A DNA stretch of 64,000 nucleotides from Neodothiora populina (lineage: Eukaryota). The stretch covers positions 1,426,001 to 1,490,000 of the forward strand of contig NW_027191405.1 of assembly GCF_041146345.1 (NCBI RefSeq), given 5' to 3'. The notes beneath the pieces are model-generated. The model was not told the origin of the DNA and did not search any database. It saw nothing but the letters and a program-made list of their open reading frames with translations. Of the stretch, positions 63,924-64,000 are shown piece after piece. The position numbers and the translations under genes are program-made. The first letter of the stretch is position 1; each line of letters starts with the position of its first letter.

Positions 63924-64000
63924 ATGGAGTCTTCACGTGGCCCGCCAAGGGTCAAGAACAAGGCCGCCGCTCCCATCCAGATCTCTGCAGAGCAGCTTTT
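63924..64000 (+). CDS. CLF1: Pre-mRNA splicing factor Clf1/Syf3 (crooked neck), 3'-truncated by the window edge
   Basis: [25 protein letters not shown] matches the conserved VKNKxPAxxQIxAEQL N-terminus. Confidence 0.88.
   Translation, partial: MESSRGPPRVKNKAAAPIQISAEQL

Overview
Eukaryotic, intron-containing, gene-dense (~50% GC) fungal genomic DNA. The GT-AG introns with CTRAC branch points and the gene content fit a filamentous ascomycete; Dothideomycete-like is an inference. About 22 protein-coding genes are supported: a partial hypothetical gene, RTT107/BRC1-like BRCT protein, VPS25, DNA ligase I (CDC9), MIX23, a putative mitochondrial membrane protein, alkaline ceramidase, a coiled-coil protein, two MFS transporters, a CorA-like protein, IME2/MAK kinase, VMA5, MET14, GCV1, a G-patch protein, KIN1, RCD1/CAF40, NUP120, RAD51, PRP31 and the start of CLF1. 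There is also one doubtful small ORF. No transposase, CRISPR array or rRNA was seen. The most unusual signal is an intergenic minus-strand unit at ~10937-10396 built like an RNA polymerase III gene. It has a TATA box, an A box, two B-box/T-loop motifs in a degenerate nested tRNA-like head, a ~390-nt hairpin-rich body and a T5-C-T5 terminator, and it matches no tRNA or housekeeping ncRNA I can recognise. Other notable items: twin splice donors in CDC9 that each build a PCNA-binding PIP box, an upstream mitochondrial-type start in CDC9, and long AUG-depleted uORF-bearing leaders on both kinase genes. All calls were made by eye; intron boundaries were checked for reading frame but no database searches were run.
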